Assembly: GCF_006345805.1 (NCBI RefSeq)
Contig: NW_021835127.1
Span: 1 to 43,410 of the forward strand
Length of the DNA: 43,410 bases
Direction of reading: 5' to 3'
Origin: Octopus sinensis
Lineage: Eukaryota
Below, piece by piece: positions 25,900 through 36,532 of this stretch; within the stretch, counting starts at the first letter, position 1, and each line of letters begins with the position of its first letter. The position numbers and the translations under genes were made by a program. Under the pieces are notes generated by a model. The model saw only the letters and a list, made by a program, of their open reading frames with translations. It made no database searches and had not been told where the DNA came from.

Positions 25900-26045
25900 T
25901 ACTAAAGTCATAAAACCTGAAAGTTTGTTAGAGGGGCAAGTCGACTACATGGACCCTAGTGCTTGACTGGCACTTAATTCATCGATCCTGAAAGGATGAA
26001 AGGCAAAGTCGACCTCGTTGAAATTTGGACTCAGAACGTAAAGAA
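25900..26045 (-). mobile_element. Family B SINE fragment abutting the piggyBac remnant
   Basis: GAAAGGATGAAAGGCAAAGTCGACCTCG core; the tRNA head is missing. Confidence 0.8.
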
Positions 26046-26269
26046 CGTAAACCTCTTGATGCCGGTATTACCCGAAGAATGCGAGACACTGCTCCGGTAT
26101 TTTTTTATCCAATGAGGCCACAGAAACACACAAGTGCCAACGAGCTTGCGTCTATTTACCTTCACCGTTACAATAACATAGCGTCGTACATTTGCGTCTA
26201 CCGGTTTATGAAATCGAACTCTGTGAAGCTATTTATCATATTATGATATGCACGAGTTATTCTGCTCAA

Positions 26270-27720
26270 GTTCAGAAAATAGTTTGCATGTGGTACAACT
26301 CAAAACACGGTAATATGCAAAGGGACACATCACAGACCGGACAACGATATCTGGCTGCACGCCTACGGTGGTGTGGGGGCATACGACACATTTCCATGCC
26401 GGATTCTGCTTTTTTCCCGTTGGCGGTATGAAGCGCGCGAAATGTCCTCGTCGGTTCAGGAGCCTGTTTGGAGTCGGTCGGATGTAAGGACGTCCACGCG
26501 TTCAGTTGTTGGGCAGCTCGGAAACTTCGATAATTTCATTCATCAAAGCTTCGCGAAATGCGAGTCCAGTTGCTTGGCCACCCAGCATTCGCCAGATCAG
26601 ATGTGCGTTCACGAGTGCCATATCCACAATGTACAAAAATATATTTTGTACAGATCGTGAAGATTTGTGCTTGGTAGCCAGCTGATCGGATCTATCCACC
26701 CCACTCATTGCTCTGTTGTAGTCCTGTAGAATATTGGGTTTTATTATGGGGACCCCTGTACGATTCCGTTTGCCAGTTTCAGACATTGCAGCAGAGTGCA
26801 TCGTACTCAGTATGGTAACGTACTTTCTGTCTCACCAGACCAACGCCAGGAGACCACTGTCTGTCGAACGGTATGCAAATTCTCCTTTCTCAAGTTTCGG
26901 CTTTCGAAGATCGTGGGGCATGTTCCTCCTGAAAGCGCGGACCGTCCCACAGGCGTTTGTTCTGGCCTGTAGCTGCTGAAACAAGTCGGGACTGGAAAAC
27001 CAGTTATACTCCCTGTCTAGCAGTTCGTCATTCAATGACATGACGACATTAGCTGATGCTAGAACCTCCGTGACCCTGTCCCTGTCCTCGCCAGTATATA
27101 TTTTATAGTTCCAGGTATAGCCACATGCGACACCGGATGACTGACAAACTTTATATACTTTCATTCCAAAGCGCGCACGTTTTGTAGGGTTGTACTGTCT
27201 GAATCACAACCGCCTCTTGAATTTCCAGAGACTTTCGTCTGTGGAAATATCTTGCGTAGGTAAATAGACAATTTTGAAATTGTCTGCGACTGCGTCAACA
27301 ATTGGCCGAAGTTTGTGCAGCCTGTCATCGGTGTTGACTCCCGAGCTGAAGTGTAGGTTATTCAGTAGCGCGAAAAAACGATCGTGTGGCATGGTGTCGG
27401 CGAAAAACGGTGTCGCCGTTTGAGGGTTCCTACTCCAATAGGAACCGAGGGTGGGTTTTCTTACGATGCCCATGAGAATAGGCAGCAAAAGAAACACTTT
27501 GATTTCAGCGCCTGTCGTCGGGAACAAGTCGGTGCTATGCTCGGATTCACGTTGAGGATGAGTAGCAGCGCAGTCGTTTGTTTCGGCTGCCATACACTCC
27601 GTGAGAAACTCGTGGAATATTTCCAAGTGCGAACTGTGATTGTTCAGGTTCACTTTTATCTTGGAGTTGCCTGAGAATACTATCGTCGCGGAAAATTGTC
27701 TGTTGTCCGCCACACCACAG
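26270..27720 (-). pseudogene. Decayed piggyBac (PGBD4-like) transposase
   Basis: Motifs LMGIVRKP..YWSRNP, RFFALLNNLHFS, KLRPIVD, DISTDESL, RQYNPTKRARFGMKVYKVC, NWFSSPDLF, ACGTVR, KPNILQDYNRAMSGVDRSDQ and a Cys-rich C-terminus. There is a frameshift near 27204 and in-frame stops at 26832 and 26502, and the second catalytic Asp appears deleted. Confidence 0.93.
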
Positions 27721-28132
27721 TTCCGAGGAAGAGTAGGAATTGCTCCCTGGAAAGTTCCGATGAGGGGGGGGATTGCGTCCTGGAAAGTTCCGAGGATGGG
27801 AGGAACTACTTCCTGGAAAGTTCCAAAGAGGGTAAGGAAATGCATCCTGGAATTTTCCAAGGAGTGGGAAGAATTACTTTCTAGAAAGTTCCGAAGAGCG
27901 GAGGGGAGGAATGACTTCCTGGAAAGTTCCGAGGAGGGGGATGAATTACTTCCTGGAAAGTTCCGAGGAGGGAGAGGAAGGAAAGAATTACTTCCTGGTA
28001 ATTCCGAGGGGGAGGAATTATATCCTGGAAATTTCTGGGTAGGGGAGGAATTATATCCTCGAAATTTCCCAGGAAGGGCGGATTTACTTCGTGGAAAGTT
28101 CCGAGGAGGGGGATGAAGGGAAAGAATTACTT
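27721..28132. repeat. Minisatellite, 11 full units of 30-42 bp, core AATTACTTCCTGGAAAGTTCCGAGG with purine-rich variable linkers
   Basis: Core anchors at 27746, 27779, 27812, 27846, 27880, 27918, 27952, 27994, 28024, 28057 and 28090. Confidence 0.95.
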
Positions 28133-28236
28133 ATTTTCAAAGCCTAGTGCTAGTATCGTCGCGGAGATTTGTCTATTCTCCGCCACGCCACATTCTGCTG
28201 GCCAGGGCCATCGACCCTTACCCTTCTGTTATTATT

Positions 28237-28276
<40 letters not shown>

Positions 28277-28300
28277 TAAATATACATATACAATCCTTTT

Positions 28301-28621
28301 AAGTACGAAATAGCTGGGCTATGCAAAATGAAGAAGGTGAAGATAATGCTAATTATTGTTGGATCATTGGGTACTGTACAAGAAGGCACCAAGAAGAATA
28401 TAAAAGAAATCGGATTAGAGTGGCCAGTAGAGCTGTTACAAAAGGTTTGTCTCCTTGGCACGATCAGAAATGTCAGTAAAGTATTATATTGTTGAAAAGA
28501 ACAGATACCATGGAAAAGGCAGTCTATACGAAGCAAGCATACTACGCATGCAAAACTCCGGAGTTCCAATAAAACATCAGTTAAAAAGAATAATAATGAA
28601 TAATGATAATGATGATAATAA
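28301..28621 (+). mobile_element. R4/Dong-type LINE 3' end between TAA arrays
   Basis: 28301-28495 translates KYEIAGLCKMKKVKIMLIIVGSLGTVQEGTKKNIKEIGLEWPVELLQKVCLLGTIRNVSKVLYC*, followed by a TAA/TGA-repeat tail. Confidence 0.8.
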
Positions 28622-29021
28622 CCAATATTAATGAAAACACAGCATAAGTAGATTTATAGATAAAAGTGATGAGTATAATGGTGTATTTTTTGAATAGGAA
28701 TATCTGATATTGTAGTGGCTTTGAAAGTCGTAAACAAAGGAAACGGTTTACAAAACAAGCCTCTTATCAGGGTACCTTTTCAAGATGAACAGAATATTGT
28801 TCTCTTGTAGAACAGCGACATCTTTGTAAATATGTTGTGTATGGGAAAACAGATATTAATGTCGCTTCTAATGAATGCCAGATTAAACTGGAATAAAGCT
28901 AAATGTTTGCAACGGGCTGCATGCACCTCCTGACGCTCCTAGGCAATTGGTAACGATATCTGGTTAAGATATCTAGCAATCGAATATCAGCAAACAACAA
29001 CGGAACTCTGAATAGCTTTAC

Positions 29022-29096
<75 letters not shown>

Positions 29097-29128
29097 CAAC
29101 AACAACAGCAACAATAATAATAATAATA

Positions 29129-29481
29129 GGCGTAGGAGTGGCTGTGTTGTAAGTAGCTTGCTTGCGAACCACATGGTTCCGGGTTCAGTCCCACTGCGTG
29201 GCACCTTGGGCAAGTGTCTTCTGCTATAGCCTCGGGCCGACCAAAGCCTTGTGAGTGGATTTGGTAGGCGGAAACTGAAAGAAGCCCGTCGTATATATGT
29301 ATATATATATGCGTATATATATGTATATATGTATGTATGTGTGTGTATATTTTTATGTGTGTATATGTTTATGTGTCTGTGTTTATCCCCTCAACATCGC
29401 TTGTCAACCGATACTGGTGTGTTTACATCCCCGTAACATGCTCCAGCATGGCCACAGCCAAATGACTGAAACAAATAAAGA

Positions 29482-29483
<2 letters not shown>
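29129..29483 (+). mobile_element. Family A SINE with internal deletion, inserted in an (AAT)n array
   Basis: Head and tail match the other copies, but the segment between CCCCGTAA and ATGCTCCAGCATGG is missing. (AAT)n lies on both flanks. Confidence 0.85.
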
Positions 29484-29541
<58 letters not shown>

Positions 29542-29544
29542 GTA

Positions 29545-30125
29545 ATGCCTTAATGCTGTAACAGGCAGTGGCTCTCAGGGCTTCTGGTCTTAACTGACTG
29601 GAAGTGTTATGTAATTTTTTGTCTTGGTATACAAGATGGGCTACAACAAATATTCTGCTCACTACCACACAGTTACTTGACCTTAAGCAGTTGAGCATGA
29701 CCCTTAGTGACTGTCGATATGTGCATCTCTGTAATGGAGGAGCATCATAGCCATATGTTGAGAGGAATTCTTCGAGGTTTGGATTATTTACCTTTAGAAC
29801 CATGGGTATTTTGTCTATCATCCCTAAACAACCCTTATTTTGAGCGGGATGGGCTGCACGCCCTAAAGAAAATTATAACTGGGCCCCACCTGCAAGGTCT
29901 TGCGTTGTTTATCTCGATATGAGATCACCATGTCGCGCACACATGGTTGTAATGCATGTGCCTGGTGCACCCTTATCAGACGGGTAGTCATGATGGGTAT
30001 AATGGGCTTCGTATATTTTACCCCAGTTTCACTTTGATAGCATGCATTGCTCTCTCGCTCAATAACAACAACAACAGAAACAAGAGCAACAACAACAACA
30101 ACAATAATAATAATAATAATAATAG
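29545..30125. mobile_element. Probable LINE 3' fragments, one minus-strand (~29545-29825) and one plus-strand (~29870-30125), each ending in a trinucleotide tail
   Basis: Non-simple sequence ending directly in TTA/AAT repeat tails. No diagnostic protein motif recognised. Confidence 0.4.
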
Positions 30126-30651
30126 TAATGATGATGATGTGGGCGCTGATACTGCTGCAGCTGATTGTGGTGGTGGTGATGATGGTGATTACAATAATAA
30201 TGAAGTTGATGATGAGGATGATGATAGAAATGATGCTAATGGTGATTTTTAATGTAGTCACATTGCCAAAAATTGGGTGGTGGGGACGTATTTTTCCGTT
30301 AGTTCGAACCAGCCCCCTCCAGTACTGGTATGCTATACTACGTGAAGACGAAACGTAAAAACCGGTCCTGATAGAGTTTGAACTCAAAACTGAAGACTGC
30401 ACGGTATTATGTCAATTACTCAACGATTTCAGAAAATACACAACAATAACAATAAAAACACGAAGACTATCAATGGGAGAAGCAAGATGTAACACTTACG
30501 AGTTTGTCGTTGTAACGTCAACACGTCTAAATATCCACTTGAAGGGAATATCAGGAAGATTGGGCGGGGGTGATTGGAATTTCCCAGGAGAACTCCTGGC
30601 TTCTCTAGCAGATGACTTGGATCGATGTTGACCCTGTGTGATAAAAATAAA

Positions 30652-30682
<31 letters not shown>

Positions 30683-31016
30683 TGAATGTGGAATCTAAAA
30701 ACAGAAACAATTCCTATCATAATAGGCGCATTAGGCATGATAAAAAAATATTCAGACAAATACATAAGAAAAACACCAGGACTTACAAACACATATAACA
30801 TACAGAAAATTGCACTACTAGGCACTGCACACATCCTACGCAGAACACTTTCCATACAATAACCATCAGAGCATCACAACAAATCACAGCACATACCTAA
30901 GGCACACAGAGCTGCGCTCGGTAGTGAAGTGAAAGCACGCTATAAAAAATAAAACTACTGAATAATAATAATAATAATAATAATAAATAATAATAATAAT
31001 AATAATAATAATAATC

Positions 31017-31049
<33 letters not shown>

Positions 31050-31058
31050 TAATAATAA
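30683..31058 (+). mobile_element. R4/Dong-type LINE 3' end, copy 1, with (AAT)n tail
   Basis: 30686-30862 translates MWNLKTETIPIIIGALGMIKKYSDKYIRKTPGLTNTYNIQKIALLGTAHILRRTLSIQ*. Confidence 0.88.
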
Positions 31059-31060
31059 TA

Positions 31061-31384
31061 TGAATGTGGAATCTAAAAACAGAAACAATTCCTATCATAA
31101 TAGGCGCATTAGGCATGATAAAAAAATATTCAGACAAATACATAAGAAAAACACCAGGACTTACAAACACATATAACATACAGAAAATTGCACTACTAGG
31201 CACTGCACACATCCTACGCAGAACACTTTCCATACAATAACCATCAGAGCATCACAACAAATCACAGCACATACCTAAGGCACACAGAGCTGCGCTCGGT
31301 AGTGAAGTGAAAGCACGCTATAAAAAATAAAACTACTGAATAATAATAATAATAATAATCATAATAATAATAATAATAATAATC

Positions 31385-31418
<34 letters not shown>
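31061..31418 (+). mobile_element. R4/Dong-type LINE 3' end, copy 2, apparently identical to copy 1
   Basis: Same 278-bp unique block at offset 378, with the same 5' breakpoint. Confidence 0.88.
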
Positions 31419-31421
<3 letters not shown>

Positions 31422-31489
31422 TAGTTTCTTTATTAACCACAAAGCGTTTACATTAAGAAGAACATGGGGTTACGTGAAATTCGTGTAAA

Positions 31490-31635
31490 CATTAGCGTAG
31501 CTAGTAGGGGGGGGGGGGCAGTAAGGGCAGTCGGCTCCGGGCGGCACTTTTGGGTCTGCTGTATTTTTTGTGGAGTCCGGGGGATAGTAAACGGAAGGGC
31601 CACCCCGGGCGGCACATATTCTAGCTACGCTAGTG
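31490..31635. mobile_element. hAT-type MITE (146 bp)
   Basis: 15-bp TIR CATTAGCGTAGCTAG / CTAGCTACGCTAGTG (14/15). 8-bp TSD CGTGTAAA (31482-89) / CATGTAAA (31636-43). Confidence 0.85.
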
Positions 31636-31648
31636 CATGTAAACAATG

Positions 31649-31748
31649 AAAGAAGAAGAAGAAGAAGAAGAAGAAGAAGAAGAAGAAGAAGAAGAAGAAG
31701 AAGAAGAAGAGAAGAAGAAGAAGAAGAAGAAGAAGAAGAAGAAGAAGA
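31649..31748. repeat. (AAG)n microsatellite
   Basis: Direct reading. Confidence 0.95.
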
Positions 31749-31862
31749 ATGTGGGAGTGCCATGACAGTAGTATGTTAAATGGTCAACTGCCCCGAAAGT
31801 GACCCACTGTGGATGGTAGTAGTAATTGTTGAATTCCTGTATATATATATATATATATATAC

Positions 31863-32030
31863 TACGGGCCGGGCTTCTTTCAGTTTCTGTCTACCACATA
31901 TACTTACAAGGCTTTGGTCGGCCCTGGGCTTATAGTAGAAGACACTTGTCTAAAGTGCCACGGAATGGGATTCAACCCGGAACCATGTGGTTAGGAAGCA
32001 AGCTTCTTACCACATGGTCACTCCTGCGCC
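31863..32030 (-). mobile_element. Family A SINE 5' half
   Basis: Reverse complement of the GGCG(T/C)AGGAGTG...GAAACTGAAAGAAGCCC head. Confidence 0.85.
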
Positions 32031-32989
32031 TATAGGAACATAATATTTCGAACAGATGATGTAAGAGTTCCAACAGATATGAAATATTAGAGACCCAGAA
32101 AACCTCGCAGCGGAAAAATTCAGGCCCAGATTGATTATCTAATATATGCAAATATATTCTACAAGCAAACAAGGTAACAGAACTACAGATAAAAAACTTT
32201 AATTTCTGTGATTTTTTTAATCACCAAATCACTGAGATGTTATGTGAAGCTCGAACAAAGCTTTAGTACAAATATGCTTCGGCTCTGTTTCAATAAGAGG
32301 CGGAGAAAGCAATCGAAGCAGTGTGAATGACGCCATAAACCATTCTAGGAACATCAATGAGGAAACGTCAGCGTGTCTTATACAGCGGATATAAAATACA
32401 ATAGCAAACAATAATATGAAGACACAGTTAACGACTCAAACAGCAAGTTCTGAACAAAGGTGTTTAAACAAAGGTTTTTTTTTAAACTGTAAGAAACGCT
32501 TTCAAAACGTGTTTAAACAGAACTACTCTAGCAACGATTGCTAATTAGAATAAAGTATTATGAAAGACTTTGAAAGAAGGGAAGAGAATAAGTCATTGAT
32601 AAAGTCAAAGATGGCGGAGAAAAGAATGACTGAACACTTCACTGATTGATAGAACGATCGGTCGAACAATTGATTTGTTAATCGGTTATTTAGTTAATTA
32701 CTTTAATGTAAATGATAAAATAAAAAATATCCAGTGTGTGTGTTTTCATAGGCAGAATGATCCTCTCAGCATATAGTAATGAAGATAGTGCTGAAAAAAT
32801 ATATTAATTTATTTCATCTCTGTTGCAATAGGCATGGGTGCGTGGTTAAGAAGTCTGCTTTGCAAACCACATAGTTTTGAGTTCAATCCTACAGCGTGTT
32901 ACTCTGGGAATGTGCCTTCTACTATAGCCCCGGGCAAACCAATACCTCGTTAACAAATATGGTGGACGAAAACTGTGTGGGGCCCGTCG

Positions 32990-33020
<31 letters not shown>

Positions 33021-33075
33021 TTGTGTGTGTGTGTGTGTGTATGTGTATATGTGTGTATATATATATATGTATATA

Positions 33076-33114
<39 letters not shown>

Positions 33115-33237
33115 TATATATATATATATATATATTGATAAAAATGGTAAGACAACAAAAGTAAGAAAAAACCTCGATATTATGTAAATAGAGGAATTTA
33201 TCTGTAAATGTAATATGTGACAATTATTTGGTAGCCA

Positions 33238-33300
33238 TGATAAAACTCCGAGTTTCGGATGCCCTGTTGGAAATCCACGCCGCCATCTCTTCAGTTATCA
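33238..33300 (-). ncRNA. Minimal type I hammerhead ribozyme motif (Penelope-type), minus strand
   Basis: Minus strand reads UGAUAA-CUGAAGA-GAUGG..GGCAUCC-GAAA-CUCGGAG-UU-UUAUCA. This gives a 6-bp stem I, the full catalytic core, stem II with a 1-nt bulge and a near-palindromic stem III. Predicted cleavage after 33244. Confidence 0.75.
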
Positions 33301-33330
33301 GCCATCGGAATAGCATTTTTCCGATGGCCG

Positions 33331-33391
33331 GATAACTGAAGAGATGGCGGCGTGGATTTCCACCTCGGCATCCGAAACTCGGAGTTTTATC
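33331..33391 (+). ncRNA. Minimal type I hammerhead ribozyme motif (Penelope-type), plus strand
   Basis: GAUAA (33331-35), CUGAAGA (33336-42), stem II, GAAA (33374-77), CUCGGAG, UU, UUAUC (33387-91). Predicted cleavage after 33386. Confidence 0.75.
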
Positions 33392-33447
33392 ATGGCTACC
33401 GAATAATTGTCACATATTACATTTACATATATACATACACACACACA

Positions 33448-33526
<79 letters not shown>

Positions 33527-34359
33527 ATACACGTGTGTCTGTGCATGTGTATGTGTGTGTGTACGTGTCCACAGGTGTGTTTCTTTATGTTTGTCTTTAT
33601 CCACCACTACTTAACAGCCGGTGTTGGCCTGTTTACATCTACGTAAAAGCAACCAATAGAATAAGTGCTAGACTTTTAAGAAATAACTTCTGGGGGGGTC
33701 AATTCATTCAACAAAAACCCTTCAAGGATGTCTTTGATCATAGGTCTCTTGGTTCTAAGGTTATTTGAAGTTAACAAAACAATGACGTCGACGACGACGA
33801 CAAGGACAAGGAGGGGAAGGAGGAGGAGTGGAAGGAGAAGGAATGTAACTAGTTAGAACAGTAAAGAATATAAATATTTATCAATATAATGTAGAAGAGA
33901 TAAAGGAGAGAAATATAAGGAAAATGGAAGTCAAAGAAATGAATGCGAGATTAAAATAAGACGTGTAAACAAAGCGTAGCGTATTAAACTACCTGAAGAA
34001 ACGGTAATAATTCTTTAATTATAATGAACTATTTGAAAGAAATGAAAGAAACCTCTGAATATTTTATACGAGATTAAACAAACAGATAAAGAGAGTGGAA
34101 ATAAAATTATCAAGAAAGCCAGAAATAGTGAAATATTGATTTCTAATAAAGGTACACCGCTGTAAATTTTAATCGGTGGGGGCGTATGGTCGGTTAGATA
34201 TACCACTCGCTTTGAAGTATTTGTTTATTTTGTTGCCCCAGGAGGAATGAAAAGCAAAGCTATTCTCAGCTATTTGTAAGATTTAAGTTTAGAATGTAAA
34301 ACGTGCTCCACCGATTCTGGTTATCTGCTGTTCCGGAAATAGAAAGATGTTACCTTTCA

Positions 34360-34538
34360 CATTTTGTTTAGTTTTAGTCATTGGGTTGTGTCCATGCTGA
34401 CGCATTGCTTTAAAGGGTTTACTCCAACAAGTAGTCCCCAGTAATTATTTTTTAAAAATACTGGTACTTATTCTATCAGTCTCTTTTGCCGAACTTCTAA
34501 TGTTACGGAGACTTAAGCAAACCAACGCCCGTTGCCAA
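34360..34538 (-). mobile_element. Diverged family A SINE 3' half
   Basis: GTACTTATTCTATCAGTCTCTTTTGCCGAAC matches the reverse complement of the family A tail. Confidence 0.7.
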
Positions 34539-34774
34539 GTTGTTGTTTGTTGTTTGTTCCTTCTCGAGCCATGCCTGGCTCATAAGGGCCGGTTTCCCGG
34601 TTTCTTGACGTATAGGTTCCCCACCTGGACGGGACGCCGGTCCGTCGCAGGTGAGCTGCAAGATGCAGGAGGAAAGAGTGAGAGAAAGTTGTGGCGAAAG
34701 AGTCAGCAGAAGTTTCGCCATTACCTTCTGCCGGAATCGCGTGGAGCTTAGGTGTTTCGCTCATAAACACACAC
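34539..34774 (-). mobile_element. 5'-truncated family C SINE variant with V-domain-like tail
   Basis: Minus strand reads GAGCGAAACACCTAAGCTCCACG...CCTGCGACGGACCGGCGTCCCGTCCAGG...GAAACCGGGAAACCGG, as in the 16909 copy. Confidence 0.8.
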
Positions 34775-34777
34775 ATA

Positions 34778-35133
34778 TCACCTTAATTCGATAATGCGTG
34801 AAACTTGAATGATATAAGAACTTTAACTGTAGTTGAACTGTGTTTTATACGAATGACAAAATAATATCAGGCTGGTAGGAAAGACTACTCTTATCCTTAA
34901 GTACTTAGATAAAACCAGATTCCTTGAAAAATTAGTAAAATCTCTCTAAAATCTATAGCGCCCCTTCACCTTAATTCGACATGTAAAACTTGAATGATAT
35001 AAGAACTTTAACTGTAGTTGAACTGTGTTTTATACAAATGACAAAATAATATCAGGCTGTTATCCTTAATTATTTAGATAAAACCAGATTCCTTGAAAAA
35101 TTAGTAAAATCTCTCTAAAATCTGTAGCGCCCC
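34778..35133. repeat. Tandem duplication (188 + 168 bp) at the 3' end of a mariner remnant
   Basis: TCACCTTAATTCGA...GTAAAATCTCTCTAAAATCT(A/G)TAGCGCCCC occurs twice; copy 1 has a ~20-bp extra segment. Confidence 0.9.
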
Positions 35134-35640
35134 ATCCACTTCGTGAAGGATCCATGGATGTCCTCCAAACGGAAGGCGTCCAGGACTCTCGTCACAGCTT
35201 CCTTCGTCTTCAAGATAACTGCCTCTGAAGTTCGTCTTCAGCTTGGAGAACAACCAAAAGTTACAGATAGCAAGGTCTGGACTGTAGGAGGGTGTGGGGG
35301 TAGTTTCGGTGCCCATCTCTGTCAAGTCGTTGGTTATTAGGATTCTTGTCACTGAGCAATCTGGGAACAAACTTTGCACTAATTTTGCACAGGTTCAAAT
35401 CTTCTTGACTGTATGTGTACAATCGCTACATAAACTCTAAACTCTATACTTATTGTCTTTATAGACTCACGACGGTGTTCATCTAGAAAATTACGAATGT
35501 TCTCAACCAACTGTGATGTTCTTACCGATGTTCCTCTTCTTACCATACCCTTTATCATCTCTCACTCCCCTGTCTGCCATCCTCGAATCTCTTGTGCCAA
35601 GGAAAAGGTTAATTCATAAGCAGTTTGGAGACAGTTAAAC
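35100..35640 (-). mobile_element. Internally deleted mariner transposase remnant
   Basis: Translates PSYSPDLAICNFWLFSKLK (YSPDLAP.DF.LF.KLK motif). The upstream part is only weakly HTH-like. Confidence 0.8.
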
Positions 35641-36532
35641 ACATAACTTTACTTCACAGTGAGCTTTGAAACTGTCCCGACTGAATTCTGCAAACCTGTC
35701 AGCTGGGACGAGCAGTGTTTAGTAGGATGTCTTTAAAGTACTGTTACAATCGTCTTATTCAAGGTGGAATAAGGAAAGTTGGCAGGTCAGTGTATTAGCT
35801 GTATAGTAACGATATACAAAAATTACAATAACATATTACTGCCTTTCCTACAAATGTCTGAAAACTTCTTGAATGCATCTCACGCCAATAAGAAGAGCTA
35901 TATATAGTTGGTCTTTTTGCTAGAAATAGCTGCTAAATTTCCATCAAATCTTACCCTGCCGTCTTTACAAAGGAAAGAATTATTGGATGATAACATTTTA
36001 GATACATTATAATTGAATATAAAATGGGAGGATCATAGCTAGAACGCCTGTGATGATAGGTTTGTTCGATCATGATTGATCCTGGAGCTAAACAACAAAA
36101 CAGCGACAATACCAGCTACGTAAGCATCACATTTCATCGAATATCAGATTTCGAAGAACATATAATAGCATTCTACAATCCTGGATATTGGAAGAAATCC
36201 CAATATCAAGCACTTATATCGGTCATGTTTTAGAATACTGGAAAACGAAAGTAAAACTACAACAAAACAAAAAGAATGGAACAATTACCACAATTCCTTT
36301 TTCAGGGGTGGATTAATCGTCGTCTATTTTATGATACCCGCCTAACTCTTGGAATAACTTTCTCTCTTATTCTAACCAAACTTAGTCTCCTGACAAGAAT
36401 CAGGTGCATTGCTCTTTCTCGTCCCTTACTTCAACATAACTAAATCTACAGGAATTTTAAGGAATATATAGTTGTATTTCTATGTAGTTTCTATATTACA
36501 GTGATTCCAAATGGATTTATCAAGCAATATTA

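Larger units (their letters stand above)
32831..33720 (+). mobile_element. Diverged family A-related SINE interrupted in its central microsatellite by the hammerhead cassette
   Basis: Head (GGGTGCGTGG...GAGTTCAATCC...GGGAATGTGCCTTCTACTATAGCC) at 32831-32990. Tail-like sequence (GCCGGTGTTGG...AATAGAATAAGT) at 33580-33720. Confidence 0.7.

Noticed and set aside
27721-28132. CRISPR-like array of conserved repeats with variable spacers
   Set aside because: The linkers are only ~5-17 nt, purine-rich and related to each other, the repeats are degenerate, there are no cas genes, and the context is eukaryotic. It is a minisatellite.
26045-28230. piggyBac TIRs and TTAA target duplications
   Set aside because: No matching inverted pair or TTAA-bounded ends were found on either side, so element boundaries are left undefined.
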